Below are positions 13,410-22,185 of a stretch of 64,000 nt of DNA, one piece after another; within the stretch, counting starts at the first letter, position 1; each line of letters starts with the position of its first letter. The notes below the pieces were generated by a model. That model had not been told where the DNA came from and searched no databases. It was given only the letters and a program-made list of their open reading frames with translations. Both the position numbers and the translations under genes were made by a program. The DNA lies in assembly GCA_965644315.1 (NCBI GenBank), contig CBFFRQ010000054.1, positions 62,001 through 126,000 of the forward strand, in the 5' to 3' direction. The stretch is from Caecitellus pseudoparvulus (taxonomy: Eukaryota > Protista > Bigyra: Bicosoecida).

Positions 13410-13893
13410 GGTTGGCATCGCTCCAAACAGGTAGAGGACAGTCCCACCCGCCTTGCCTGTGCATGCAAGAACTCTGTATTGCAACGGGCATGGCATAAGT
13501 TGGAAGAATCCGGCCCTGGGTTGATGGATCGTTGCCTGGGCTGTGAACTTTCAGCGCGACAGCTCGACACTGCAAGCTCGCGAAGCTCAGAGGTTTTGGG
13601 TTGGAATAGCATGTGTGACAGCCTGTCAGCAGAAGCCTGAATCAATACACCTCCTTGATTGGGTGACTCGCCTTGAAGAGAGGGAAGGAGGCGTCATTCA
13701 AATAAGGTGCAGCTGCCGTTGCTTGCGCCAGCTGGTGGGGTGCAGTGCACAGTGCGGTCCAAAATTGAACATGCTCACGCAAAATCAGAGGCTTACGAGT
13801 TGTTGACATGCCATTTGCCACTGTCAGGCAGAGCAGGACGAAGGCCGTTGTGTCTCAAGCGCTGAGTGCGGAATCTGACGTGCACACCACGCC

Positions 13894-15087
13894 ATGGCTG
13901 CTGAGCGCGACAGTCAGTCATTTGTGGCACAATGGAAGGCTGCATGTAAAGCTGATCAGGCAGATGTACTAATGACCTTGCTGCGAGGGCTTGAAGATCG
14001 CCAGGGGCTTGAGGTTGAAGGTTTGTCAAGTGCTGACACAGCGACTGGTTTCTTTGTTACGTGCCGGACAGGACATGTTGAGCTGTTGCGTGAGCTGTTG
14101 GCGCTGGAGGGGAAGCTTTCTTTGTTTGTGCACAGGAGATACCTGCGTACACCCGAGTTGGGCTTCCGCGAATCGTGCAAATATGGGCAGTTGGGTGTGG
14201 TTCGGGAGCTCCTTGCTCTGAGCGGGCCTCGTGAGGTGGACGTGCATACAGAAGGTGTGTTTGGGCCGGAGACTGGCTTCCAGTGGGCCTGTGCGCACGG
14301 GTATGTGGATTTGATGCGCGAGCTGCTAGCCTTAACGGGCCATCGTGAAGTGGATGTGCATGCTGGGCCTGAGGGCCGACGTGAAGCTGGCTTCCAACTC
14401 GCCTGTGAGAATGGGCATGTCAGTGTGGTGCGGGAGCTGCTAACTCTCACAGGGCATCGTGAGGTGGACGTGCACGCTGGGCCTGAGGGCAATCCAAACG
14501 CTGGATTCGTCCTTGCCTGTCGCAATGGTCACATTGATGTGGTGCGCGAGCTGCTAGCTTTGAGCGGACATCGTGAGGTGAACGTGCATGCAGGGCCTGA
14601 GGGCAAACCTGAGCAAGGTTTCCGGTTTGCCTGTGAGCATGGGCACCTGGATGTGGTGCGCGAGCTGCTGGCTCTGACCGGCGACCGTGAAGTGGATGTC
14701 CATGCAGGACCTGCAGGTAGGTCTGAGTATGGCTTCGTCGCTGCTTGTCAGAACGGCCACCTTGGTGTGGTGCGGGAGCTGCTGACCCTCAGCGGGCATC
14801 GTGAGGTGAATGTGCATGCTGGTGCTGAGGGCTGGCCTGAGATTGGCTTCCACCTCGCTTGTAAGAACGGACACATTGACGTGGTGCGGGAGCTGCTGGC
14901 CCTGAGCGGACACCGCGAGGTAGACGTACACGCTGGGCCAGAGGGCTGGCCTGGGGCTGGATTCCGGGATGCTTATATGAACCACCACACTGATGTGGTG
15001 CGCGAGCTACTGGCCCTCACGGGTGATCGCAAGGTCGATGTGCATGCTGCGCTAAAAGGCGATGGGGGGGGCTGGCTTGCGTGCTGA
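13894..15087 (+). CDS. Ankyrin-like repeat protein, 38-aa period, paralog A (3' end decayed)
   Basis: About 9 repeats of GFxxACxNGHxxVVRELLALTGHREVDVHAGPEG. Intronless. Confidence 0.85.
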   Translation: MAAERDSQSFVAQWKAACKADQADVLMTLLRGLEDRQGLEVEGLSSADTATGFFVTCRTGHVELLRELLALEGKLSLFVHRRYLRTPELGFRESCKYGQLGVVRELLALSGPREVDVHTEGVFGPETGFQWACAHGYVDLMRELLALTGHREVDVHAGPEGRREAGFQLACENGHVSVVRELLTLTGHREVDVHAGPEGNPNAGFVLACRNGHIDVVRELLALSGHREVNVHAGPEGKPEQGFRFACEHGHLDVVRELLALTGDREVDVHAGPAGRSEYGFVAACQNGHLGVVRELLTLSGHREVNVHAGAEGWPEIGFHLACKNGHIDVVRELLALSGHREVDVHAGPEGWPGAGFRDAYMNHHTDVVRELLALTGDRKVDVHAALKGDGGGWLAC

Positions 15088-15424
15088 CTGACACAATGGG
15101 AGTGCGAAAGTGCGGCTGGAGCTGTTGGGCCTCACTAGGCATCGAATGTTCCCGCTGCTGTGTGCCGCCTGAGACTCCTTCTGACCAGGCATAGCATGCA
15201 GCGAGACATTGGAGGGGTGGTAGCCCGCTCGGGCCCCGTCTGCTTGGGTGGACTGGTCGAGGAAGTGGGTTGCAGTGCAGAGTGTGATCCAAATTTACAC
15301 ACACACGTGTAGAGTTCAACGGTTTGTGAGGAGCTAAGATGTAACTTGCCTCTGTCAGGCTGAGCAGGACAGCAGAGGCCGCTGTGCTTCGGCCGCAGGG
15401 TGCGGAATCTGAGCCCACCACGCC

Positions 15425-16354
15425 ATGGCTGATGAGGGCGACAGCACGTCAGTGGTGGTGCGATGGAAGGCTGCATGTGAAGCTGAACAGGCAGATGGGC
15501 TGTTGAGCGTGCTACAGGGATGTGATGGTGGCGGTGGTCTGGAGCTGGATGGATTGTCAAGCAAGGAGACAACGGCTGGCTTCCTCGTTGCTTGCAAGAC
15601 AGGCCATGTTGGGCTGTTGCGTGGGCTGTTGGCGTTGGAGGGGGAGCTGACGGTGGATGTGCACACAGGAGACCTGTATGGTCCTGAGGTAGGCTTCCGT
15701 GAATCATGCAGGTATGGGCACTTGGGTGTGGTTCGTGAACTCCTGGCTCTGACTGGGCCTCGTAAGGTGGATGTGCATGCAGAAGGCGTGTTTGGGCCTG
15801 ACACTGGCTTCCAGTGGGCCTGCTGGAACGGGCATGCAGACTTGGTGCGTGAGTTGTTCGCTTTGACCGAGCATCAAGAAGTGGACGTGCACACTGAGCA
15901 CGAGTGCGCGCCTGAGGCTGGCTTCCGGCTTGCCTGTGCGAAAGGGCACATCGATGTGGTGCGCGAGCTTCTAGCCCAGACTGGACATCGCGAGGTGAAC
16001 GTGCATGCAGGGCCTGAGGGGGAGCCCGAGGCTGGCTTCCAACTCGCCTGTGAGAATGGGCATGTCAGTGTTGTGCGGGAGCTGCTGGCGCTGACCGGGC
16101 ATCGTGAGGTGGACGTGCATGCTGGTCCTGAGGGCCGGCCTGAGGCTGGTTTTCGACGCGCCTGTACGAATGGCAACATTGAAGTGGTGCGTGAGCTGCT
16201 GGGCCTCACCGGACATCGGGCCATCCCTTTATGGGCGCGACTAGAGGTCGGGCAGGTGGCTGTGCAGCCGGCCAAAGATGCTGTGTGGGCCGGCACCAGC
16301 ACTCGACGGGGGAGAAGTCCAATGCTGCTGTTTCGAGCAGCCCAGCTCGGCTGA
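15425..16354 (+). CDS. Ankyrin-like repeat protein, 38-aa period, paralog B
   Basis: About 6 repeats of the same unit. The N-terminus (WKAACEAEQADGLL..GLELDGLS) and 5' flank are homologous to paralog A. Confidence 0.85.
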   Translation: MADEGDSTSVVVRWKAACEAEQADGLLSVLQGCDGGGGLELDGLSSKETTAGFLVACKTGHVGLLRGLLALEGELTVDVHTGDLYGPEVGFRESCRYGHLGVVRELLALTGPRKVDVHAEGVFGPDTGFQWACWNGHADLVRELFALTEHQEVDVHTEHECAPEAGFRLACAKGHIDVVRELLAQTGHREVNVHAGPEGEPEAGFQLACENGHVSVVRELLALTGHREVDVHAGPEGRPEAGFRRACTNGNIEVVRELLGLTGHRAIPLWARLEVGQVAVQPAKDAVWAGTSTRRGRSPMLLFRAAQLG

Positions 16355-16594
16355 TCTCTCCTAGGAAAATGTGGCATTGCAGAGCATCACCAGCCAACCC
16401 GATCTTCCCCTGTCAAAGTCGTAGCAGAAAAGTGCAAAATGAAGTCTATGGACACCCTACCGAACCACACAGTACACGATCGTCCTCTTGGCGTTGCTTG
16501 ACCCCCAGCTTCTGGACCTCGCCGAGGCGAATACGCGAGGGCTGCGTGCCTCTGCCGCAATCCTGCGCCAGCCCAAGCACGGCAGCTTCGAAGA

Positions 16595-19500
16595 ATGGCA
16601 AGTGGTGGACAGTCCCCGCCCAAGCGCCTGATCAGCCCGTGGCTGGTCAAGGCGGCGCATTGTTCTCTGGTCGGCGCGACGCTGCGTCGGTTCTGTGTGG
16701 CGAGCGGGCTGCAGTCGTCGGTCGACTCGGAGCGGCCAGGTGCAATTTCCGCAACGCTGCACTTTGGCAAGGACTCAGCAGAGCCCCAGCACCTCGTTTG
16801 GTCCATCCCTCAAGGCACGGCAAGAGAGGAGCTGTTGACTTGGTTTGCTGGTCTTTCGCCCGCCGCTGCAAGCGCTGCTTGTGCGTGCCCGGCTCAGGGG
16901 GTGGGAGGTCTGGCTCGCAGTGTCGCAGCTGCTGGGCTGGGCGTTGCCGCTGGCAGTCCCCCTCCCTTGCTGGGGGTGGTGGTCTCGTCCGCTTCGTGGA
17001 AGGAGGAGGCCATGCGGACGTGGGAGGATGTTCTGTCCTCCCGCTCCATCGTGCAGGCAGGTCGCACGACGTACCCCTCCTCGCAACAGCGACCTGCCGC
17101 GCCTGCTGCTTCAGGCTCCGGAGGTGATGACGTGGCGGGCGCCATGGCCTGCGTGCACGGTGCCAGCGGGTGTGTACCAGGGGACGGCGACGTCATGTCT
17201 GGGCTGGTGCAGTGGACTGCCACAGTGGACGAGCCCGTCCTTGGCTGTGTGCGACGGGAGGATGGGCAAGCGGTGGTCGCAGACTCGGAATTGCTCGCAG
17301 CGACCCTGCCACCGCCATCACCCATGCGCCTCGCGCCGCCTGCCCGCAAGGCGTGTTCTGTGGATGTCAAGTCGTGGTGGGAGGCCGCAGCCCAGCTCTG
17401 TGAGAAGGTGGGGGCGGACACATTCTGCACGGCAGATCGCCAAAAGCCTGGCGATGGGCAGGGGCTGGCTGTGCCATCTCCCCGCCTGTGCTCCCCCCAA
17501 GCGCGAAGGGGGACCCTCTCTGCCCTTCTACATGCCGCGTCTGCTGGCTGGGTGGGGGCCCGCCTGCAGGATGCGCGGGGCGCCTCCGCTCACCTGCGCT
17601 TGGCCACTCCCGGTACGTGGCTGAGCAAGCTGGTGCTGGTGAAGCTGCAGTTGGTGCACAAGTGGTGGCAGGGACGGTGTGGACCAGACGTGCAAGCCTC
17701 GTCACTTCTGAACGCCCACATCAGTGCTTTAGCCCAGCACTGCGCGTTGGCTGAGCGAACTGATGCGTTTCCACCTGGCGGCCTGTGCGGCACCTGCGCC
17801 CACGCAGGTGCCGACCCAGACACTGCAGCAGCTTTAATAGACTTCTCCACAAACGACGATGCAGAGCAAGAGCCCCTCGTGCAGGCTGTGCAGGGGTTGC
17901 TGCAGACACCCAGCCCCGCGCTGGCGTTCGCGACCAAGCACGCAGTTGCCAAGGGCTGCCACGCCGGCGTGAGTGCAAGCACGCCCCACCCATGGGCAGC
18001 CGAGCGCCTCCCGGCCCCCATCAGTGCAGGCCTGTGGCCTCACATCGTCCATGTTGTTGGGCCCAGTGCTGCAGGTGGCGTCGCCTGGTCTCTGCCACCG
18101 CCTCCGCCTGCAGTGGGCAGCGTGCCGGACGAAGAAATTGTGCAGCACGGCCACCGACCAACCCTGCCGCCTGCAAGCAAGGCGACGCCCCTGCACCGTG
18201 CCGCGCTGCTCGCTGCCTTCCTCCTGCGCACTTCAGCTGCCGCGGCAGCCTCTGCGGACTCTGCAGCTCAGAGCTTGCTGCAGGGGGAGACACCGCCCCT
18301 GCCGCCCAGCCCGCTGCGCACAACGCTGCCCCCTGCGGAAGTTGCAGCACCACGACCTGCTCCTAGCGCCCAGCACGATGGTGCATCCCATGCACATGCT
18401 CTGCACGTCGTAGAGGGCGTCTTGGAAGGCATCCTGCAAGGCGCAGCACAGCGAGCAGTGGCATGGCAGGCTCGAAGGCAGCTCTTGCCTGCCGAGCAAG
18501 CGTTCGCCCTGGATGCCTCCACCCCGGCTGCCTTTGCCTGCGCGGCCCTGCAAGCCGCCCAACAGGCACACAGCACTCAGTCCTTACCCTGCCTGCTCCT
18601 GCAGTCAGCAGGCTGTCCCAGCGCCTGCACGCCGACACCCACCTGCGTCCTGACTGACGCACGGGCTGTGGCGCTGCACCAACTCGCCCTTCCAGCCAGC
18701 CGCCCTGCTTGCGACCCCGCAAAAATAGTACTCGTGGACTACATCACAGCACAGGCCAGTGACCACGGGCCGGACGACATCCTGAGTGCCTGGCACACGG
18801 CATTCTCCACCACGTCGCTCAGCGTGTCGGCTCTGGGTCGCGGCTTGGCTGAGGTACAAGGCGGGTGTGTGCCGCTACGCGCCTACCAACAGGCAGTGGG
18901 CCTACCACCAGCAACCCTTGCCTATGATGTCACGGCTACCATGTCCACTGCTGGCCTCGCGCTGGGTCTGCTCCTGCCACATGAACCAAACGACACCGGG
19001 GACACCACCCACGTGCCCAACTCCACCAGCGGTCGCTTGATGCACATGGCACACCCCAATGTGGGTGTGCAAGGGCTCCTGCGGCGCGTCTACGAAGCTC
19101 TGCACTTGCACTTGCGTGCGGCCCAAGCGGCAGCGCAGTCTGCGCAGCTGGATACGCTGCAGGATGCAGTGGAGCCAGTGTTCGCGGGATGTCCAGCAGC
19201 CGTGAGCCGGGCACGGATGGCGGTGATGGAACGGCAGTGGGACGTGTTCCGGGAGTCCTTCGCCTGCTCATACCGCCACGCAGGCAGCAGTGGACCTCCT
19301 ATCTCCATTCTGGCTGCCCACACCAGCCCCGCACAGTGGTGGACTGCCCAGTGCAGAGTGCTGAGCACCACGACGTGCCTCCTCATTTCCGCAGCTCGAG
19401 ACGCAGGGTACGCAGTGTTTGCAACGGGCCACGTGGCACCCCCCCTGCCCACCCCAACCTCGCCTCTGGATCTCACCTTCCCCTTGCCCCTGAGCAAGCC

Positions 19501-21748
19501 TGCCGCCGCGCCCAGCACGCCAGGCCTTGGCAGTGCTTTGGTGCCCCAGGTGACATGCGGCCCTCCCCCCGCTGACGGCAGCCTCGCAGTGCTGCCGCTG
19601 GGTCTGCCAGGGGAGCGGCGCCTGGTGTTTGCGACACTGTCCCAGCGGCAGCACGACGCACCGACGGTGCTGTGCGAACTGGCCACGGGGTCGCCCCTGC
19701 ATATCCCCGCCTCCATCCTGGCCCGCACACCTGCTTCCTCCAGCGCCATCGTGCGAGCCTGGCTGCAGCCGGGGGAGGAGTGGAGGGGCCCTGATCCGCC
19801 CGCACTGTCCCCCGTCGCGCCCCCACCCCGCCGCGTCGCGGTCATCTCGCCGGCTGACAGCCCCAAGGCAGCGGCAGAGGAGTCGCGAAACGCAGCTGCA
19901 CATCCCGCCCCTCAGGCCCATGTCACAGCTCTCACGCCGACAGAAAGCGAGCCCCCCCTCGCTGCCCCCAGCACGGCACATGTCGACACTGCAGCTCCTT
20001 CTGGGGCGGCGCAAGACAGGACCCAGCACCTGCTTGCGCTGCACCGAGATGTGCTGGACATGGCCTTCCAGCTGGCCAGTCTCGCCGCTGCAGCCCGGCT
20101 GCGCAAGGACAGTATGGTTGCCAGGCTGCAGAGCCTCGTGCGCACCCTGTGGCCAGCCAGCCGGGTTGAGGTGTTTGGCTCCGTGGCGACTGAGCTTGAC
20201 CTGCCCGGCTCCGACGTCGACGTCGTCGTGTGCGACGTGGCGGAGCATTACGAAGCTGTCCTCACACAGCAGCCGTCGGCAGCGCTCATTCGCCTGGAAG
20301 CTGCGCTGGTCGCCGCACCCTGGACAGTGTCCGTGAAAGCCATCCCCACTGCCAGTGTTCCAGTCTTGCGTGTGGTGGCAGGGGGTGGCGGCTCAGGCGC
20401 AGGCAGTGCAGTGCACCTGGACATCACGTTTGATGCGCCCACCCACCGCGGCATCAGCACTGCGGCGTTCGTGCGGCAAGCCCTGCGCGACCACCCCGCC
20501 CTCGGCCCAGTCACCCTCGTCCTCAAGCAGCTGCTTGCGACACACAATTTGAACGACCCCTTCCTGGGGGGCCTGTCGTCCTACGCGACCATCCTACTCG
20601 TGGCATCTGTGCTGGCGGATTTTCCGCACACGCCACGAGTGGTGACTGGCACGGCTTCCCCCGCTCACGGGGCAGTCATGGGCACTGCGGTGCAGTCACC
20701 CCCTCGTCCCCGAAGCAGCACTGGTGGCAGTGGCAGCTCAGCAGGGCCACCTGGCGGTGATGCCGCACACCACAGCGCGGGACACGGCCAGGCTGTGGAG
20801 TTGTACGGCCCCCACGAGCGACTGCGCAGTGGTTCGGGGGATTCTCGACGCACCAGTGCTGCCCATGCGGCGGCAAGCGTCGCAACCAACACCACACGCG
20901 AACGGGCCAGTGCCATGCGACAGGCGCTGGCGCACAGTCAGCGCGAGTCGGCGGGCGGCGTGGGTGCCACCGGTTTGAGCGCTCAGACACCGCCGCCAGA
21001 GGGTGACATGCACCTGGGCGCGGTCCTGTGCAGCGTACTGGAGGTGGCGTCGCGCCTGTGTGCCTCAGCGCAGTACTGGGCGCTGAACGTTCGGTATGGC
21101 GTGCTGCACCGGAGGGATGGAGCGCTGTTCCGGGATGACCCACTTGTCATCGTGGACCCCATCCAGCCGCAGAACAACGTGGGGCGCCCGACCTGGGGCT
21201 TCGCCCAACTGCACACTGTCTTCCAGCATGCACTGCGCAGCGTGGCAGGGTACGGTGCGCAGAGTGCAAGCCTTGCGCCTGAGACGGCGGCGGGCGACCC
21301 CCCTCGTAGCGTGCTGGGGCGAGTGTTTGGCACGGCTCACCACCGGGATGTGACCAACCTGCTGGGGTCTGTGTGGAACCCCGGCCTGCCAACTGCAGAC
21401 CCACAATCCCCAGCACCGGGATGGGCGGCGGCATTCCTCCAGCCCGCTGGGTTGGGCGCGCCCTCGGTTGGTGTTGTTGCTGACCACCAACCGCCCGCCA
21501 AGGTGCCGGCCGACGAGTGGGCGGTGAAGTCAGCACTGCCGCTCCTGAAACAACTGGCGGAGTGGGCAGACGGCACAGGCCACCTGCCAGAGCCCTTGCA
21601 GAGAGCTCTGCACAGTGCCCTGGCGACGGCGCCTGGGCAAGAGGGCCGCTCGAAGGAGCCGCCGGCGCCCTGGCAAGCGGAGGAGAAAGGCGCAGCTACC
21701 TCGTTTGACGGTGTCGTGGGCGAAGCTTCGGCTGGCGGGTCTGCCTGA
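16595..21748 (+). CDS. TRF4/PAPD5-like non-canonical poly(A) polymerase / terminal nucleotidyltransferase with a long N-terminal extension
   Basis: Pol-beta NTase motif VEVFGSVATELDLPGSDVDVVV, third Asp in HLDITF, LNDPFLGGLSSY, and PAP-associated LVIVDPIQPQNNVGR. Confidence 0.85.
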   Translation: MASGGQSPPKRLISPWLVKAAHCSLVGATLRRFCVASGLQSSVDSERPGAISATLHFGKDSAEPQHLVWSIPQGTAREELLTWFAGLSPAAASAACACPAQGVGGLARSVAAAGLGVAAGSPPPLLGVVVSSASWKEEAMRTWEDVLSSRSIVQAGRTTYPSSQQRPAAPAASGSGGDDVAGAMACVHGASGCVPGDGDVMSGLVQWTATVDEPVLGCVRREDGQAVVADSELLAATLPPPSPMRLAPPARKACSVDVKSWWEAAAQLCEKVGADTFCTADRQKPGDGQGLAVPSPRLCSPQARRGTLSALLHAASAGWVGARLQDARGASAHLRLATPGTWLSKLVLVKLQLVHKWWQGRCGPDVQASSLLNAHISALAQHCALAERTDAFPPGGLCGTCAHAGADPDTAAALIDFSTNDDAEQEPLVQAVQGLLQTPSPALAFATKHAVAKGCHAGVSASTPHPWAAERLPAPISAGLWPHIVHVVGPSAAGGVAWSLPPPPPAVGSVPDEEIVQHGHRPTLPPASKATPLHRAALLAAFLLRTSAAAAASADSAAQSLLQGETPPLPPSPLRTTLPPAEVAAPRPAPSAQHDGASHAHALHVVEGVLEGILQGAAQRAVAWQARRQLLPAEQAFALDASTPAAFACAALQAAQQAHSTQSLPCLLLQSAGCPSACTPTPTCVLTDARAVALHQLALPASRPACDPAKIVLVDYITAQASDHGPDDILSAWHTAFSTTSLSVSALGRGLAEVQGGCVPLRAYQQAVGLPPATLAYDVTATMSTAGLALGLLLPHEPNDTGDTTHVPNSTSGRLMHMAHPNVGVQGLLRRVYEALHLHLRAAQAAAQSAQLDTLQDAVEPVFAGCPAAVSRARMAVMERQWDVFRESFACSYRHAGSSGPPISILAAHTSPAQWWTAQCRVLSTTTCLLISAARDAGYAVFATGHVAPPLPTPTSPLDLTFPLPLSKPAAAPSTPGLGSALVPQVTCGPPPADGSLAVLPLGLPGERRLVFATLSQRQHDAPTVLCELATGSPLHIPASILARTPASSSAIVRAWLQPGEEWRGPDPPALSPVAPPPRRVAVISPADSPKAAAEESRNAAAHPAPQAHVTALTPTESEPPLAAPSTAHVDTAAPSGAAQDRTQHLLALHRDVLDMAFQLASLAAAARLRKDSMVARLQSLVRTLWPASRVEVFGSVATELDLPGSDVDVVVCDVAEHYEAVLTQQPSAALIRLEAALVAAPWTVSVKAIPTASVPVLRVVAGGGGSGAGSAVHLDITFDAPTHRGISTAAFVRQALRDHPALGPVTLVLKQLLATHNLNDPFLGGLSSYATILLVASVLADFPHTPRVVTGTASPAHGAVMGTAVQSPPRPRSSTGGSGSSAGPPGGDAAHHSAGHGQAVELYGPHERLRSGSGDSRRTSAAHAAASVATNTTRERASAMRQALAHSQRESAGGVGATGLSAQTPPPEGDMHLGAVLCSVLEVASRLCASAQYWALNVRYGVLHRRDGALFRDDPLVIVDPIQPQNNVGRPTWGFAQLHTVFQHALRSVAGYGAQSASLAPETAAGDPPRSVLGRVFGTAHHRDVTNLLGSVWNPGLPTADPQSPAPGWAAAFLQPAGLGAPSVGVVADHQPPAKVPADEWAVKSALPLLKQLAEWADGTGHLPEPLQRALHSALATAPGQEGRSKEPPAPWQAEEKGAATSFDGVVGEASAGGSA

Positions 21749-22023
21749 TGGCAAGGTGTGACCTGTGCGTGGCTGCCCTGCTGGCAGGGGCAGGTATGGT
21801 GGCCAGTGCCGGCTGCCTGGCTGGGGTGATGTCAGAGAATGGCAAGCAGAGTTCTCGAGGCCGGGACGGCTCGCACGGCAGTGTGATGTGCATTGCTGAG
21901 AGGGTGGAGTGGCTGTGTCAGCGCGAACGTGGGTCCATCACAGACTGAGAGCGCATGAGGCCACAGGGCGTGCGCTGAGGAAAGCCGGGCGCCGACCTCA
22001 GCGGCTGGCAGGCGCTCAGCACT

Positions 22024-22185
22024 TCATCCGCAAGGCTGCTTGCAACAGCAGCCCATGCAAGCGCCGAGCCAGCACGGCGCCCACAGCCCACTCGTCCAGA
22101 AACACAATCAAAAGTGGCAGAAGTGGTCCACCTTCTCAGGGTTGGCTTGCTGAACCACGACTGTCTTTGGCTCCCCAGCAGGCAT
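22024..22185 (-). pseudogene. Small Cys-rich membrane peptide gene (53 codons) with in-frame TGA: pseudogene, sequence error or recoded stop
   Basis: Hand translation gives MPAGEPKTVVVQQANPEKVDHFCHF*LCFWTSGLWAPCWLGACMGCCCKQPCG*, with the internal TGA at 22110-22108. The start context is accATG, and AATGCA lies downstream on the same strand at 21894-21889. Confidence 0.6.

Noticed and set aside
14150-16220. Regular 114-bp repeats as a CRISPR array
   Set aside because: They are in-frame coding repeats with synonymous variation and no unique spacers; no cas genes; eukaryotic context.
21890-22023. SECIS element downstream of the micro-gene
   Set aside because: GUGA..UGA at ~21940-21918 encloses too short a helix and lacks apical AA. 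Not canonical by eye, so not called.
22108-22110. Genome-wide TGA reassignment (TGA=Trp)
   Set aside because: TGA terminates proteins at conserved C-termini (lamin CAMM-TGA, headpiece LF-TGA), so the code is standard.
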